Shown here one piece after another: positions 1 to 9,517 of a DNA stretch of 64,000 nucleotides (positions within the stretch are counted from its first letter, which is position 1; every line of letters starts with the position of its first letter). The translations under genes and the position numbers were made by a program. The notes beneath the pieces are model-generated. The model was not told where the DNA came from, made no database searches, and saw only the letters and a program-made list of their open reading frames with translations. The DNA comes from Bacilli bacterium (GTDB taxonomy: Bacteria; Bacillota_I; Bacilli_A; RFN20; CAG-826), in assembly GCA_035367155.1 (NCBI GenBank), contig DAOSJI010000002.1, positions 38,786-102,785 of the forward strand, written 5' to 3'.

Positions 1-2405
1 AAGATACAGGGAAAAAGTTAGGCGGAAAGAAAAATCCTTTATTATTATCCGTCCGTAGTGGTGCCCGTGTTTCAATGCCTGGTATGATGGATACCATTTT
101 AAACCTTGGTTTAAATGATGATACCGCTAAAACGATGGTTGAAGAAACAAATAATCCACGTTTTGTCGCTGACTGCTATCGTCGTTTTATCTTAATGTAT
201 ACCAACGTTGTTAAAGGTAAATCACGCGAAGCAATGGATAAAATGTTGGACGATCTAAAGAAAGCAAAGGGTGCAAAACTAGATACCGATTTAACAGCTG
301 AAGATTTAAACAAGTTAGTCAAAGACTATAAGGCATATTATCTTAAAGTTGTTGGAGAACCATTCCCACACGATCCAAAAGTTCAACTACTTGAAGCAGT
401 AACCGCTGTTTTCCGTAGCTGGGATAACGAAAGAGCTAACATTTACCGCAAAATGCACCACATTCCATATGAATGGGGTACCGCAGTTAATGTTCAAACA
501 ATGGTTTTTGGTAATAAAGGTGAAACTTCTGGAACTGGTGTTGCCTTTACACGTTCACCAGCAACTGGAGACAATCACGTATTTGCCGAATACTTACCAA
601 ATGCTCAAGGCGAAGACGTTGTAGCAGGTATTAGAACCCCATTACATATTGATTGGTTAGAAGAAAACATGCCAGAAGTTTATAGGCAATTTGCAGAAAC
701 CATCGATAAAATGGAGCATTATTATAAAGATATGCAAGATATAGAATTCACTGTTGAAGATGGTGTTCTCTATTTCTTACAAACTAGAAGCGGCAAGCGC
801 ACAGCTCAAGCAGCTCTTAAAATTGCATGCGATTTATTAGATGAAGGAACAATCAACGAAGAGGAAGCTCTTCTTCTTATTGATCCAAGTTCTTTAACCA
901 CATTACTTCTACCAAGTTTTGATGAATCAGAACTTAAAAAAGTTACACCTATCGCTGAAGGTTTACCAGCTTCGCCTGGTGCTGCAACTGGAAAATTAGT
1001 TTTTGATGCAGACGAAGCAGCGAAAAGACATGCTGCAGGTGAAACTGTTATTCTTGTTCGTCAAGAAACTTCTCCAGAAGACCTCGCTGGCATGGTTGCA
1101 GCTGAAGGTATTTTAACAATGCGTGGTGGTATGACAAGTCACGCTGCTGTTGTTGCTCGCGGTATGGGAAAATGTTGTATTGTTGGCGCAAATGCAATTC
1201 AAGTTGATGAAAAAGCTCATACAATGAAAGTTGGCAATAAAACCTATAGCACAAATGATGTAATTAGTATCAATGGTTCAACAGGTCTAGTCTATGAAGG
1301 CGAAATAAAGAAAGTCGAACCACAAATGACAGGCAATTTTGGCCGTGTTATGAAATTAGCTGACAAGCATCGTCGCCTTGGCATAAGAACAAATGCTGAT
1401 GCACCAGCTGAAGCAAAACAAGCAAAAGCTTTTGGTGCTGAAGGTATTGGTCTTTGCCGTACTGAACATATGTTCTTTGATGCAGATCGCATTTTCCATG
1501 TACGTAAAATGATTTTAAGCGATAACGTTAAAGATCGAGAAGATTCATTAAATGCAATTCTTCCACATCAAGAAAATGACTTCTACGAGTTATTCCTTGC
1601 AATGGATGGACTACCAGTAACGGTTCGTTTACTTGATCCACCTTTACATGAATTCTTACCACAAGAAGAACATTTAATCGTTGATTTAGCAAAAGCACTA
1701 AAAACTGATGTTAAAGACTTAAAAGCTAGAATTAATGCTTTACACGAATTCAACCCAATGATGGGTCATCGCGGAGTTCGTTTAACTATTACTTATCCTG
1801 AAATTTGTCGTATGCAAACTACAGCAATTATCAATGCTGCGTTACGTGCACAAAAGAAATTAGGAAAATCTATTGATGCTGAAATTATGGTTCCATTAAT
1901 TTTTGGTGCTGAAGAACTAAGATTTGTTAAAGTTGTTATAAAAGAAACTGCTGATAAATTAATTAAAGAAAGTGGACAAAAACTTGAATACCATGTTGGT
2001 ACAATGATGGAAATACCACGCGCCTGTTTATTAGCTGATGAAGTCGCAAAAGAAGCTGCTTTCTTCAGTTTTGGAACTAACGACTTGACACAAATGTCAT
2101 TTGGCTTTAGCCGTGATGATGCAACCAAGTTCCTTCCAGACTACTATGAAACTAGAATTCTCCAACAAGATCCATTTGCTACGATCGACCAAAAAGGTGT
2201 TGGCCAATTAGTCCGTAAGGCAGTTAAAGACGGTAAAGCTGCTAACAAAAAGCTTCTAGTTGGTATTTGTGGTGAACATGGTGGTGATCCTCGCTCAATC
2301 GAATTCTTTGATGCAGCCGGATTGGACTATGTTAGCTGTTCTCCATTCCGTGTACCAGTTGCTAGATTAGCCGCTGCACACGCTGCGATTAAACACAAAA
2401 AATAA
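1..2405 (+). CDS. ppdK: Pyruvate, phosphate dikinase (5' truncated by the window edge)
   Basis: The frame is open from position 3. The translation reads ...NPLLLSVRSGARVSMPGMMDTILNLGLND, contains the phosphohistidine swivel motif GGMTSHAAVVARG and has a PEP-utilizer C-terminal domain. Stop is at 2403-2405. The N-terminus lies upstream of the window. Confidence 0.95.
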   Translation, partial: DTGKKLGGKKNPLLLSVRSGARVSMPGMMDTILNLGLNDDTAKTMVEETNNPRFVADCYRRFILMYTNVVKGKSREAMDKMLDDLKKAKGAKLDTDLTAEDLNKLVKDYKAYYLKVVGEPFPHDPKVQLLEAVTAVFRSWDNERANIYRKMHHIPYEWGTAVNVQTMVFGNKGETSGTGVAFTRSPATGDNHVFAEYLPNAQGEDVVAGIRTPLHIDWLEENMPEVYRQFAETIDKMEHYYKDMQDIEFTVEDGVLYFLQTRSGKRTAQAALKIACDLLDEGTINEEEALLLIDPSSLTTLLLPSFDESELKKVTPIAEGLPASPGAATGKLVFDADEAAKRHAAGETVILVRQETSPEDLAGMVAAEGILTMRGGMTSHAAVVARGMGKCCIVGANAIQVDEKAHTMKVGNKTYSTNDVISINGSTGLVYEGEIKKVEPQMTGNFGRVMKLADKHRRLGIRTNADAPAEAKQAKAFGAEGIGLCRTEHMFFDADRIFHVRKMILSDNVKDREDSLNAILPHQENDFYELFLAMDGLPVTVRLLDPPLHEFLPQEEHLIVDLAKALKTDVKDLKARINALHEFNPMMGHRGVRLTITYPEICRMQTTAIINAALRAQKKLGKSIDAEIMVPLIFGAEELRFVKVVIKETADKLIKESGQKLEYHVGTMMEIPRACLLADEVAKEAAFFSFGTNDLTQMSFGFSRDDATKFLPDYYETRILQQDPFATIDQKGVGQLVRKAVKDGKAANKKLLVGICGEHGGDPRSIEFFDAAGLDYVSCSPFRVPVARLAAAHAAIKHKK

Positions 2406-2426
2406 GTAATTAACTTTGTTTTTGTA

Positions 2427-2460
2427 CAAAAAAAGCCGATTTTGTCGGCTTTTTTCTTTT
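2427..2460. terminator. Bidirectional rho-independent terminator between convergent ppdK and glmU
   Basis: An A-run precedes the stem agccga (2434-2439) / tcggct (2445-2450), which is followed by a T-run. The structure is usable on both strands. Confidence 0.7.
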
Positions 2461-2472
2461 ATATAATGTTGG

Positions 2473-3873
2473 TTATTTTTTATCTTTTATGTCTTTTGCT
2501 CTTTGGCGAATAACATTAGCGTATTTCTCTTTATTAATTTGTCTTTCTCGCGCAATCGCGAAATCATCTTCTCCAACATCTTTATTAATAGTTGATCCAG
2601 CAGCAATAAATGCTCCATCTTTTATTGTCACAGGTGCAATAATAGTTGTACCACTACCAACGAAAACGTTTTTTCCAATATGAGTAACAAACTTATTATA
2701 CCCGTCATAATTAGCTGTTATAGTGCCACATCCTATATTGGCGTTTTCTTCAACAATAGTGTCTCCCAAATATGTTAAATGAGCACATTTAGCACCATCT
2801 GCAAATTTAACGTTTTTAAATTCTACGAAATTACCAATTCTTGTACCATTTCCTATTACACATTCTCCACGCATTCTTGCCATTGGCCCTATAGTATTTT
2901 TATTACCTATTTTTGCTCCAACAATATGGGAAGAAATAATAACATTGTTTTCTCCAACTTCTGTATTCTCAAGATGAGTAGAACCAGTGATTCTATTATT
3001 AATACCTATTTTAGTTTTGCCAAGTAAATGTACTCCGGCACCAATATATGTATCTTGTCCAATCTCGACATAAGGTCCAATATATGTATTTTGTGGGTCT
3101 TCTAGTGAAACTCCGTTCAACATATGTTTAGTATTAATTCTTTTTCTCATTAAACTCTCTGCTTCTGCAAGTTGGGCTCTATCGTTTGTTCCAAGCATTT
3201 CAGAAGAGTCCTCTAAAGTATAGGCAGTAACTTTATATCCTTGTTTAATGAAAAGTGAAATTGTATCAGTTAAATATAATTCACCTTGTTTATTATCAGT
3301 GTTTAAATTTTTAAGTTGCTCAAATAATTTTTTATTGTTAAAAAGATATGTCCCAGCATTTACTTCTTTAATTAATTTCTCTTTTTCATTTGCATCTTTT
3401 TGTTCAACAATTTTAATAACAAAACCTCTTTCATCACGTATAATACGTCCATAACCAAAATTTGAGGCCGGTTTTGCAGTTAAAATCGTTAAATCTGCAT
3501 TGTTTTCTTTATGATGAGCTATCATTGCTTCTAGCGATTCTTTACGAAGAAGTGGTACATCTCCAGAAAGAACAAAAGTCGAACCTTCACATTTCTCTAA
3601 GATGGGTGCTGCTTGCATAACAGCATGTCCTGTCCCTTTTTGTTCTCTTTGCCAAACTGTTTTAGCTCTTTTTTCAACAATTTTTTTGGTGTATTCCCCG
3701 CCAAATCCTATTACAACAATTGTCTCTCCATTAATTAAATCTTCAACAGAGTCAATCACATAATTAACCAAAGGTTCATCTAATAAGGGATAACCAACCT
3801 TTGATATTTCATTGTTTAATGATCGCATTCTTGTCCCTTTTCCTGCGGCCAGGATAATAGCATTTAATTTCAT
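2473..3873 (-). CDS. glmU: Bifunctional UDP-N-acetylglucosamine pyrophosphorylase / glucosamine-1-phosphate N-acetyltransferase
   Basis: N-terminal LAAGKGTRM nucleotidyltransferase motif and C-terminal hexapeptide-repeat (left-handed beta-helix) region. 466 aa. Confidence 0.95.
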   Translation of the reverse strand: MKLNAIILAAGKGTRMRSLNNEISKVGYPLLDEPLVNYVIDSVEDLINGETIVVIGFGGEYTKKIVEKRAKTVWQREQKGTGHAVMQAAPILEKCEGSTFVLSGDVPLLRKESLEAMIAHHKENNADLTILTAKPASNFGYGRIIRDERGFVIKIVEQKDANEKEKLIKEVNAGTYLFNNKKLFEQLKNLNTDNKQGELYLTDTISLFIKQGYKVTAYTLEDSSEMLGTNDRAQLAEAESLMRKRINTKHMLNGVSLEDPQNTYIGPYVEIGQDTYIGAGVHLLGKTKIGINNRITGSTHLENTEVGENNVIISSHIVGAKIGNKNTIGPMARMRGECVIGNGTRIGNFVEFKNVKFADGAKCAHLTYLGDTIVEENANIGCGTITANYDGYNKFVTHIGKNVFVGSGTTIIAPVTIKDGAFIAAGSTINKDVGEDDFAIARERQINKEKYANVIRQRAKDIKDKK

Positions 3874-3874
3874 A

Positions 3875-4729
3875 TTATTTCCTCTTTTCGTATTTTACTT
3901 CAGTAGTAATCGTTTGATAACCTTTGTTTTGATATTTTTCTTTTAATTGATTTATTTTATCTATATTTTTACTCATCACAAAAATTGTACTACCTGATCC
4001 AGACATAAGAACAACTTCACAATTTTCTTTTAAGAGCTCATTTTTAAGTATTTCAATGTTAGGTTCAATTTTAAATGCCGCTCTTTCAAGACTATTATAC
4101 ACTCGTTCTCCTAAAGATGATAAATCATCTTTGTTATAAGCTTCAATAACTTCATCAAAGTTTCCGTGATCCCCGCCAACAAAACCATACATTTCGTAGG
4201 CCTTTTTTGTATTTATGCCCTCTTTTGGTTTAACTAAAAGCACTTGTGCTTTAATTGATTTAATAGGTGTTACTTTTTCTCCAATTCCTTCTACTATTGC
4301 GGTTTTGTTTGTTAAGAAAAACGGAACATCAGCTCCAACTTGTTTAGCTATACATAGTTTATCTTTATATTCTAAATTTAAATGTAATAACTCATTAACG
4401 ACATTAATTGTGGTGGCGGCATTACTACTTCCACCACCCAAGCCAGATTGTATGGGTATATGTTTTTTTATTTTTATATTAATACCCTCATTAAACTTAT
4501 ATAATGATCTCATTAATTCGATGGTTTTATATATTATGTTCTCGTTATTTGCTATTTTTGGTCCAATTATTGTCTCAATTATAGTTTTACCACTATTATT
4601 AATAATAAATTCCATCTCATCATGTAATTCTAACGGTAACATTATCATTTTTAATTCATGATAACCATCTTCTCTTTTTTTAATAATATCTAACGTTAGA
4701 TTAATTTTGCTGTAACTTTTTCTTTTCAT
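3875..4729 (-). CDS. ispE: 4-diphosphocytidyl-2-C-methyl-D-erythritol kinase (MEP pathway)
   Basis: KINLTLDI N-terminus, GHMP-kinase motif GLGGGSSNAA and GADVPFF. It overlaps rsmA by 4 nt. Confidence 0.9.
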   Translation of the reverse strand: MKRKSYSKINLTLDIIKKREDGYHELKMIMLPLELHDEMEFIINNSGKTIIETIIGPKIANNENIIYKTIELMRSLYKFNEGINIKIKKHIPIQSGLGGGSSNAATTINVVNELLHLNLEYKDKLCIAKQVGADVPFFLTNKTAIVEGIGEKVTPIKSIKAQVLLVKPKEGINTKKAYEMYGFVGGDHGNFDEVIEAYNKDDLSSLGERVYNSLERAAFKIEPNIEILKNELLKENCEVVLMSGSGSTIFVMSKNIDKINQLKEKYQNKGYQTITTEVKYEKRK

Positions 4730-5550
4730 TTTTTTCTCGTCTTGTTTAGCATTATATCAAATAATAATTGTATTTCATCTATGTTTAATGTTTCGGGTCT
4801 TCTTGATGGTAATATTTTAACCATATTTAATTTTCTTTCAGCCTCTTTTTTGTCTTTTGTTATTGCACTAAGGTTGTTTAAAATCGTTTTTCTTCTTTCC
4901 TTGAATAACAATTTCACAAATTCATAAAACGTTTTCCTATCATTTTGTGAAACAGTTTTTTTACAAACAAAGACACTTACACAAGAAGATATTTTTGGTT
5001 GTGGATAAAAATTCTCCTTATTTATAACCTTAAAAATTTCTAAATTACCCAAACTAGAAATTAATACTGAGATTGGTCCATATTCTTTGCTTCCTGGTTT
5101 AGATAATAACCTATCAATAAAATCCTTTTGTGTCATAAATACAAACTTATCTAGCTTGTTACTTTCTAGTAAAACTTTTTCTATGATTGGCGTTGTAATA
5201 TTATAAGGCAAATTAGAAACGATATTTATATTCTCTTTGATTTTGTTAAGAGGGTATTTTAAAAAGTCAGAGTGCAAAATCGTTATATTATTTACTTTTT
5301 CGGCTTCTTTTTTTAGATATTCAGCAAAACCTCTATCGATTTCGATTGCTAAAACCTTTTTATTGTTTTGTGCTAATTTTTTTGTTAGTGCTCCAAGCCC
5401 TGGTCCAATCTCAATAACATAATCTTGATTTTTTACAAGACTAGTAATATTTTCAGCTATTTCTTCATTAATAAGAAAGTTTTGACCTAAATTTTTATTA
5501 GGAGCTAAGTTTAAATCATTTAGAAGTTGTTTTGTATCTTTTAATTTCAT
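4726..5550 (-). CDS. rsmA: 16S rRNA (adenine1518/1519-N6)-dimethyltransferase
   Basis: LGQNFL motif and SAM-binding EIGPGLGALT. Sits in the conserved rnmV-ksgA context. Confidence 0.93.
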   Translation of the reverse strand: MKLKDTKQLLNDLNLAPNKNLGQNFLINEEIAENITSLVKNQDYVIEIGPGLGALTKKLAQNNKKVLAIEIDRGFAEYLKKEAEKVNNITILHSDFLKYPLNKIKENINIVSNLPYNITTPIIEKVLLESNKLDKFVFMTQKDFIDRLLSKPGSKEYGPISVLISSLGNLEIFKVINKENFYPQPKISSCVSVFVCKKTVSQNDRKTFYEFVKLLFKERRKTILNNLSAITKDKKEAERKLNMVKILPSRRPETLNIDEIQLLFDIMLNKTRKK

Positions 5551-6077
5551 TTTAAAATTTCAATAATTTGACTTTTTGTTATTTGTAGCGCATTTAGTCT
5601 TTTTAAAAATGTTTTTGTTGTAAGTTTTCTTCCTAAATTGAAAGTTTTACAAACATGTTCTCTTAATTTATTACTGTTTTCACCACTTAAGTTTAATTCA
5701 ATAAGATCAATCATAGTTAATTTATTATGGTTGGTGTCTCCTTTTACAAGATAAGGGTTTATAGTTTTTAATAGTGTTTCTTTACTACAATGAGCTAGAC
5801 CTAAATCGTCTTTTTTTATACAATCTTTTTTGTTTAAGTTAATTATTGTAGCTTTCGGAATTTCTTTTTTTATTTTCAAAGCTATTTTTTCTCCTGCTTG
5901 ATCTGGATCGGTCAGTACTAAAATTGGATATAACTTCGAGAGTTCTTTGTAATAATTTATAGTTTCACGTGAAACATAAGAACCGCCTGTTACTTCTACA
6001 ATACAATGGAGAATTGTATTTACAAGTGCTGCATCTGTTGGCCCTTCTACAATAATTACATTACTTACTTTTCTCAT
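5547..6077 (-). CDS. rnmV: Ribonuclease M5 (Toprim domain)
   Basis: Toprim motifs VIIVEGPTDA and LTDPDQAGEKI. Positioned between the tatD-like gene and ksgA, as in Bacillus. Confidence 0.85.
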   Translation of the reverse strand: MRKVSNVIIVEGPTDAALVNTILHCIVEVTGGSYVSRETINYYKELSKLYPILVLTDPDQAGEKIALKIKKEIPKATIINLNKKDCIKKDDLGLAHCSKETLLKTINPYLVKGDTNHNKLTMIDLIELNLSGENSNKLREHVCKTFNLGRKLTTKTFLKRLNALQITKSQIIEILK

Positions 6078-6851
6078 TTATTGTTTCACGTGAAATAGTT
6101 TTTTAGCGTTTTCTGTTGTTGTTTTTCCAATTGAATTTATTGTTTCATTTCTTAAGGTTGCAATCTCTTTTGCAATTAATGGAAGAAATTCACTGGTATT
6201 TAGCTTTCCTCTATGCGGATGAGGCGCAAGATAAGGACTATCTGTTTCAATTAGAAGCTTGTCCTTTGGAACAACAAGAGCTACCTTTTTAGGTTCCTTT
6301 GCATTTAAAAAAGTTACTGGTCCACCTAAAGAAATATAAAGTCCTAATTCAACAAAAGACATTACCATTTCAGCAGAACCGCTGTAACAATGCATTACCC
6401 CACCAAGTTTTGGAATATTTGTTTTTAAAACTTCATATGTTTTTTGTGTTGCTTCCCTCATATGCACAATAATTGGAAGCTTTGCCTCGTTTGCTATTTG
6501 TATTTGTTTAATAAACCATTCTTCCTGTTTCTTTTGGACTCCAACGTCTTTGTCCCAATAAAAATCTAGACCAATTTCCCCAATAGCCACTACCTTAGGT
6601 TCAGATAATAACGTTTTTAATTTCTCTAAATCACCTTTATTCGCTTTTTTTACATCACTTGGATGAATTCCAACCGCTGCGTAAACTCCTTCATGTTTTT
6701 GAGCAATCTTAATTGCATCTTTACTACTTTTTATATCCCAACCTACAATAACAAAAAAAGTAACACCTTTTTGACGTGATCTAGTTAGAATATCATCAAT
6801 ATTATTTATTAGTTTTTTATCATTTAAATGGCAGTGCGTATCAAAGAACAT
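6078..6851 (-). CDS. tatD: TatD-family metal-dependent hydrolase/DNase (YabD-like)
   Basis: FFDTHCHLN metal-binding N-terminus. 257 aa of typical TatD length. Confidence 0.9.
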   Translation of the reverse strand: MFFDTHCHLNDKKLINNIDDILTRSRQKGVTFFVIVGWDIKSSKDAIKIAQKHEGVYAAVGIHPSDVKKANKGDLEKLKTLLSEPKVVAIGEIGLDFYWDKDVGVQKKQEEWFIKQIQIANEAKLPIIVHMREATQKTYEVLKTNIPKLGGVMHCYSGSAEMVMSFVELGLYISLGGPVTFLNAKEPKKVALVVPKDKLLIETDSPYLAPHPHRGKLNTSEFLPLIAKEIATLRNETINSIGKTTTENAKKLFHVKQ

Positions 6852-6852
6852 C

Positions 6853-8181
6853 TTATTTACCTACACAAAAGCGAGAAAAAATCTCATCTGTTAAATCGTT
6901 ATCATTATGTTCGCCTAAAATTTCAAGAATTGCATTATATGCTCCGTGAAGATTAACGCTAATTAAATCAACTGGAAAATCTTCTTCAGCGTCTCTTTTA
7001 GCTAGTTTTAAATATTCTCTGACTTTTTCTAATAATCCTAATTGTCGTGCATTATTTAAACTTGGTCTAAAATAGCTTTTTTCTTCAATGCCAAAAAGAC
7101 TAATTATTTTTTCTTCTAGTACTGAAACATCTTTTTGAATAGCAGAAACATATATTGCATCTTTTTTATCATCTAATTTTAAATCTGCTTTATTATGAAC
7201 GATAAGTCTTTTTTTATCTTTTGTCATCTCTAATAAATCTTCATCTTCTTTTGTTAATTTTTCGCTGGCATCTAATACCAAAAGAACTAAGTCGGCGTCT
7301 TCAATAGTCTTTTTAGCTTTATGAATGCCGATGTTTTCTACTCTATCTTGAGATTCTCTAATTCCAGCGGTATCAAATAAGTGAAGTGTTATTCCTTTTA
7401 CATTGACACTACCTTCAACAATGTCCCTAGTTGTGCCTGCAATATCAGTGACAATCGCTTTTTCTTCTTGAAGAAAAGCATTTAAAAGAGAAGACTTACC
7501 TACATTAGGTTTGCCAACAATAGCAACATTAATACCTTCTTTAATAATTTTGCCTTGATTTCCTTCATTAATTAACTTTGCAATATCAAGGTTAATTTTG
7601 TCAATTGCGCTTATAATCATCTCTTTGTTTGCTTGTTCGATATCTTCATATTCAGGATAATCGATGTTTACTTCAATCAAACTTAACAGATCAGCGATTT
7701 TCTCTTTTATAGGTTGAATAATAGCACTCGCTTCACCAGAAAGGGAAAGAAGAGCTAAGTTTTTAGCCTCTTTTGTTGTTGCGTTTATCATGTCATTAAT
7801 CGCTTCGGCTTGAATAAGGTCTATTTTATTATTTGCATAAGCTCTTGCACTAAATTCTCCATTTAATGCAATTCTCGCACCAAACCCAAGAAGAATCTCA
7901 ATTATCTCATTAGTAATAAGTGGAGATCCATGAGTAATAATTTCAACTACATCCTCGCCCGTAAATGATTGTGGTCCTTTGTATGCAAGAAGAACAACTT
8001 CGTCTATATTCTTTCCATCTATCCTAATCTTTCCAAAAAAACTTGTTCTTTTTGTAACTTTGGTCAAATCACTAGTAAATATTTTACTAACATGTGAAAA
8101 AGCATCGCTTCCGGAAACGCGAATGATAGCTAAAGCACTTTTAATTGGGGCAGTTGCAACTGCTACTATCGTATCTAACAT
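6853..8181 (-). CDS. mnmE: tRNA uridine-5-carboxymethylaminomethyl modification GTPase
   Basis: G-domain motifs GKPNVGKSSLLN, DTAGIR and NKADL, plus the C-terminal FCVGK motif. Confidence 0.95.
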   Translation of the reverse strand: MLDTIVAVATAPIKSALAIIRVSGSDAFSHVSKIFTSDLTKVTKRTSFFGKIRIDGKNIDEVVLLAYKGPQSFTGEDVVEIITHGSPLITNEIIEILLGFGARIALNGEFSARAYANNKIDLIQAEAINDMINATTKEAKNLALLSLSGEASAIIQPIKEKIADLLSLIEVNIDYPEYEDIEQANKEMIISAIDKINLDIAKLINEGNQGKIIKEGINVAIVGKPNVGKSSLLNAFLQEEKAIVTDIAGTTRDIVEGSVNVKGITLHLFDTAGIRESQDRVENIGIHKAKKTIEDADLVLLVLDASEKLTKEDEDLLEMTKDKKRLIVHNKADLKLDDKKDAIYVSAIQKDVSVLEEKIISLFGIEEKSYFRPSLNNARQLGLLEKVREYLKLAKRDAEEDFPVDLISVNLHGAYNAILEILGEHNDNDLTDEIFSRFCVGK

Positions 8182-8236
8182 AGCATTAATATTTTATCAT
8201 ATATTGTCTTTTTCTTTTTCTATTATGGTCATAAGA

Positions 8237-8267
8237 TAAAAAAAGACCATCATTTTATGATGGTTCG
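8237..8267 (-). terminator. Rho-independent terminator closing the lipid operon, upstream of mnmE
   Basis: The minus strand reads GAACCATCAT-AAA-ATGATGGTC followed by a run of T. It lies 14 nt after the PPTase stop. Confidence 0.65.
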
Positions 8268-8280
8268 TAAACTTTTTAAA

Positions 8281-8859
8281 CTAAATGCTTTTTAAATGAT
8301 TAATCTTTGATCCTTTAGGACTAATTGATACAAAATAGCGATTTTGCTCTTTATCCTTTATTTCATATGTATCGGCATCAGCACTTATCTCTTTTAATAG
8401 TTTAATAGTGACGCCTAGACCTAGCCTTTTTATTTCCGCTTCTTTTTTAGTCCAAATTTTATAGAAATAATCTTTGTTTTTTAAATATCTTTCTAATTCC
8501 TCATCGTTTAAAATTCTTCTTGCGAGTTTATTATTATCCTTTTTAGCAATATATTCAATGTCAACTCCAACATCTTCATTAGATAGAACTACAACTACAA
8601 AATTTAAGGAGTGGGAAATATTGAAAAATAGATTTTTTATTCTTGGTTTTTTATATTTGTTATACTCAATTTTGATGTTTTCCACGGCAAAACCGCTGTC
8701 TTTTAAAATATCTGCTAATAAATACCAGCTAAAAAAACTTCTTTTAAATTGTTCGCTGTCTTTATATTTTTTAGCCTCACTTAAAAAGTTTGTTGGCATT
8801 CTTTTTTTATAAAATTCAACTTCTAAACTAGATATATCAAGAACATAAACCTTGGTCAT
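8281..8859 (-). CDS. Sfp-type 4'-phosphopantetheinyl transferase
   Basis: GVDIEYI metal-binding motif and the WTKKEAEIK motif (W-x-x-K-E-A). 192 aa. Overlaps the upstream gene by 4 nt. Confidence 0.8.
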   Translation of the reverse strand: MTKVYVLDISSLEVEFYKKRMPTNFLSEAKKYKDSEQFKRSFFSWYLLADILKDSGFAVENIKIEYNKYKKPRIKNLFFNISHSLNFVVVVLSNEDVGVDIEYIAKKDNNKLARRILNDEELERYLKNKDYFYKIWTKKEAEIKRLGLGVTIKLLKEISADADTYEIKDKEQNRYFVSISPKGSKINHLKSI

Positions 8860-9260
8860 TCAGATAATACTTTCTTTATGTAATTTGTTACTTTTTCAAC
8901 TTGATAGGATGTTTTTTTACCAAATATACACTCATTACAAAAATGTTCACAGTTATTTTTTAAAATATTATAATTTCCTTCCCCTAGTTTACTTAAGGCA
9001 CAAGCTATAATTTCTTCATTGCTCCTTTTTTCTTTTAGTTCTTGCTTAGAGAATACTTTCACTTCAAGAAATTCAACTAAAAAATCTTTTAAAGGAGATC
9101 TCATGACCACAATATCTTTTTTTAGGGTAAAAGCATCAGAAGGTAAACCAAATTGAACGACCTCACCGTTTCCAATATAGATACCATGGTGATGAATTTC
9201 TCCTACTTTAGTTCTAATATGTGCACCTGGATATGGATCAATAAGCTCCCATTTTTCCAT
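8856..9260 (-). CDS. LRAT/PLAAT-like (NlpC/P60 superfamily) Cys-His thiol acyltransferase/phospholipase
   Basis: His box HHHGIYIGNG and the Cys motif NCEHFCNE, in the order and spacing typical of the LRAT domain. 134 aa. Confidence 0.65.
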   Translation of the reverse strand: MEKWELIDPYPGAHIRTKVGEIHHHGIYIGNGEVVQFGLPSDAFTLKKDIVVMRSPLKDFLVEFLEVKVFSKQELKEKRSNEEIIACALSKLGEGNYNILKNNCEHFCNECIFGKKTSYQVEKVTNYIKKVLSE

Positions 9261-9517
9261 TATTTCCTTCTTTCAATAATATAATCTACAACATCTTCAA
9301 TGGTTTTAAATGTGTTAAAGGTTACCTCGCTCATATCTACACCATATAATTCTTCAATCGCAATAGCTAAATAAATAACACCAACTGAATTGATACCTAA
9401 ATCAGTTGTAATATTATTTTCTAAAGTAACATTTTCAACATTCATTCCATTGGGAATTACTAAATTAAATACTTTTTTTAGCTCATCTAGTACTTGTTGC
9501 TTCTGTTCTCTACTCAT
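9260..9517 (-). CDS. Stand-alone acyl/peptidyl carrier protein
   Basis: 85 aa and acidic, with DLGINSVGVIYL around the predicted phosphopantetheine Ser. Overlaps the upstream adenylase by 4 nt. Confidence 0.75.
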   Translation of the reverse strand: MSREQKQQVLDELKKVFNLVIPNGMNVENVTLENNITTDLGINSVGVIYLAIAIEELYGVDMSEVTFNTFKTIEDVVDYIIERRK

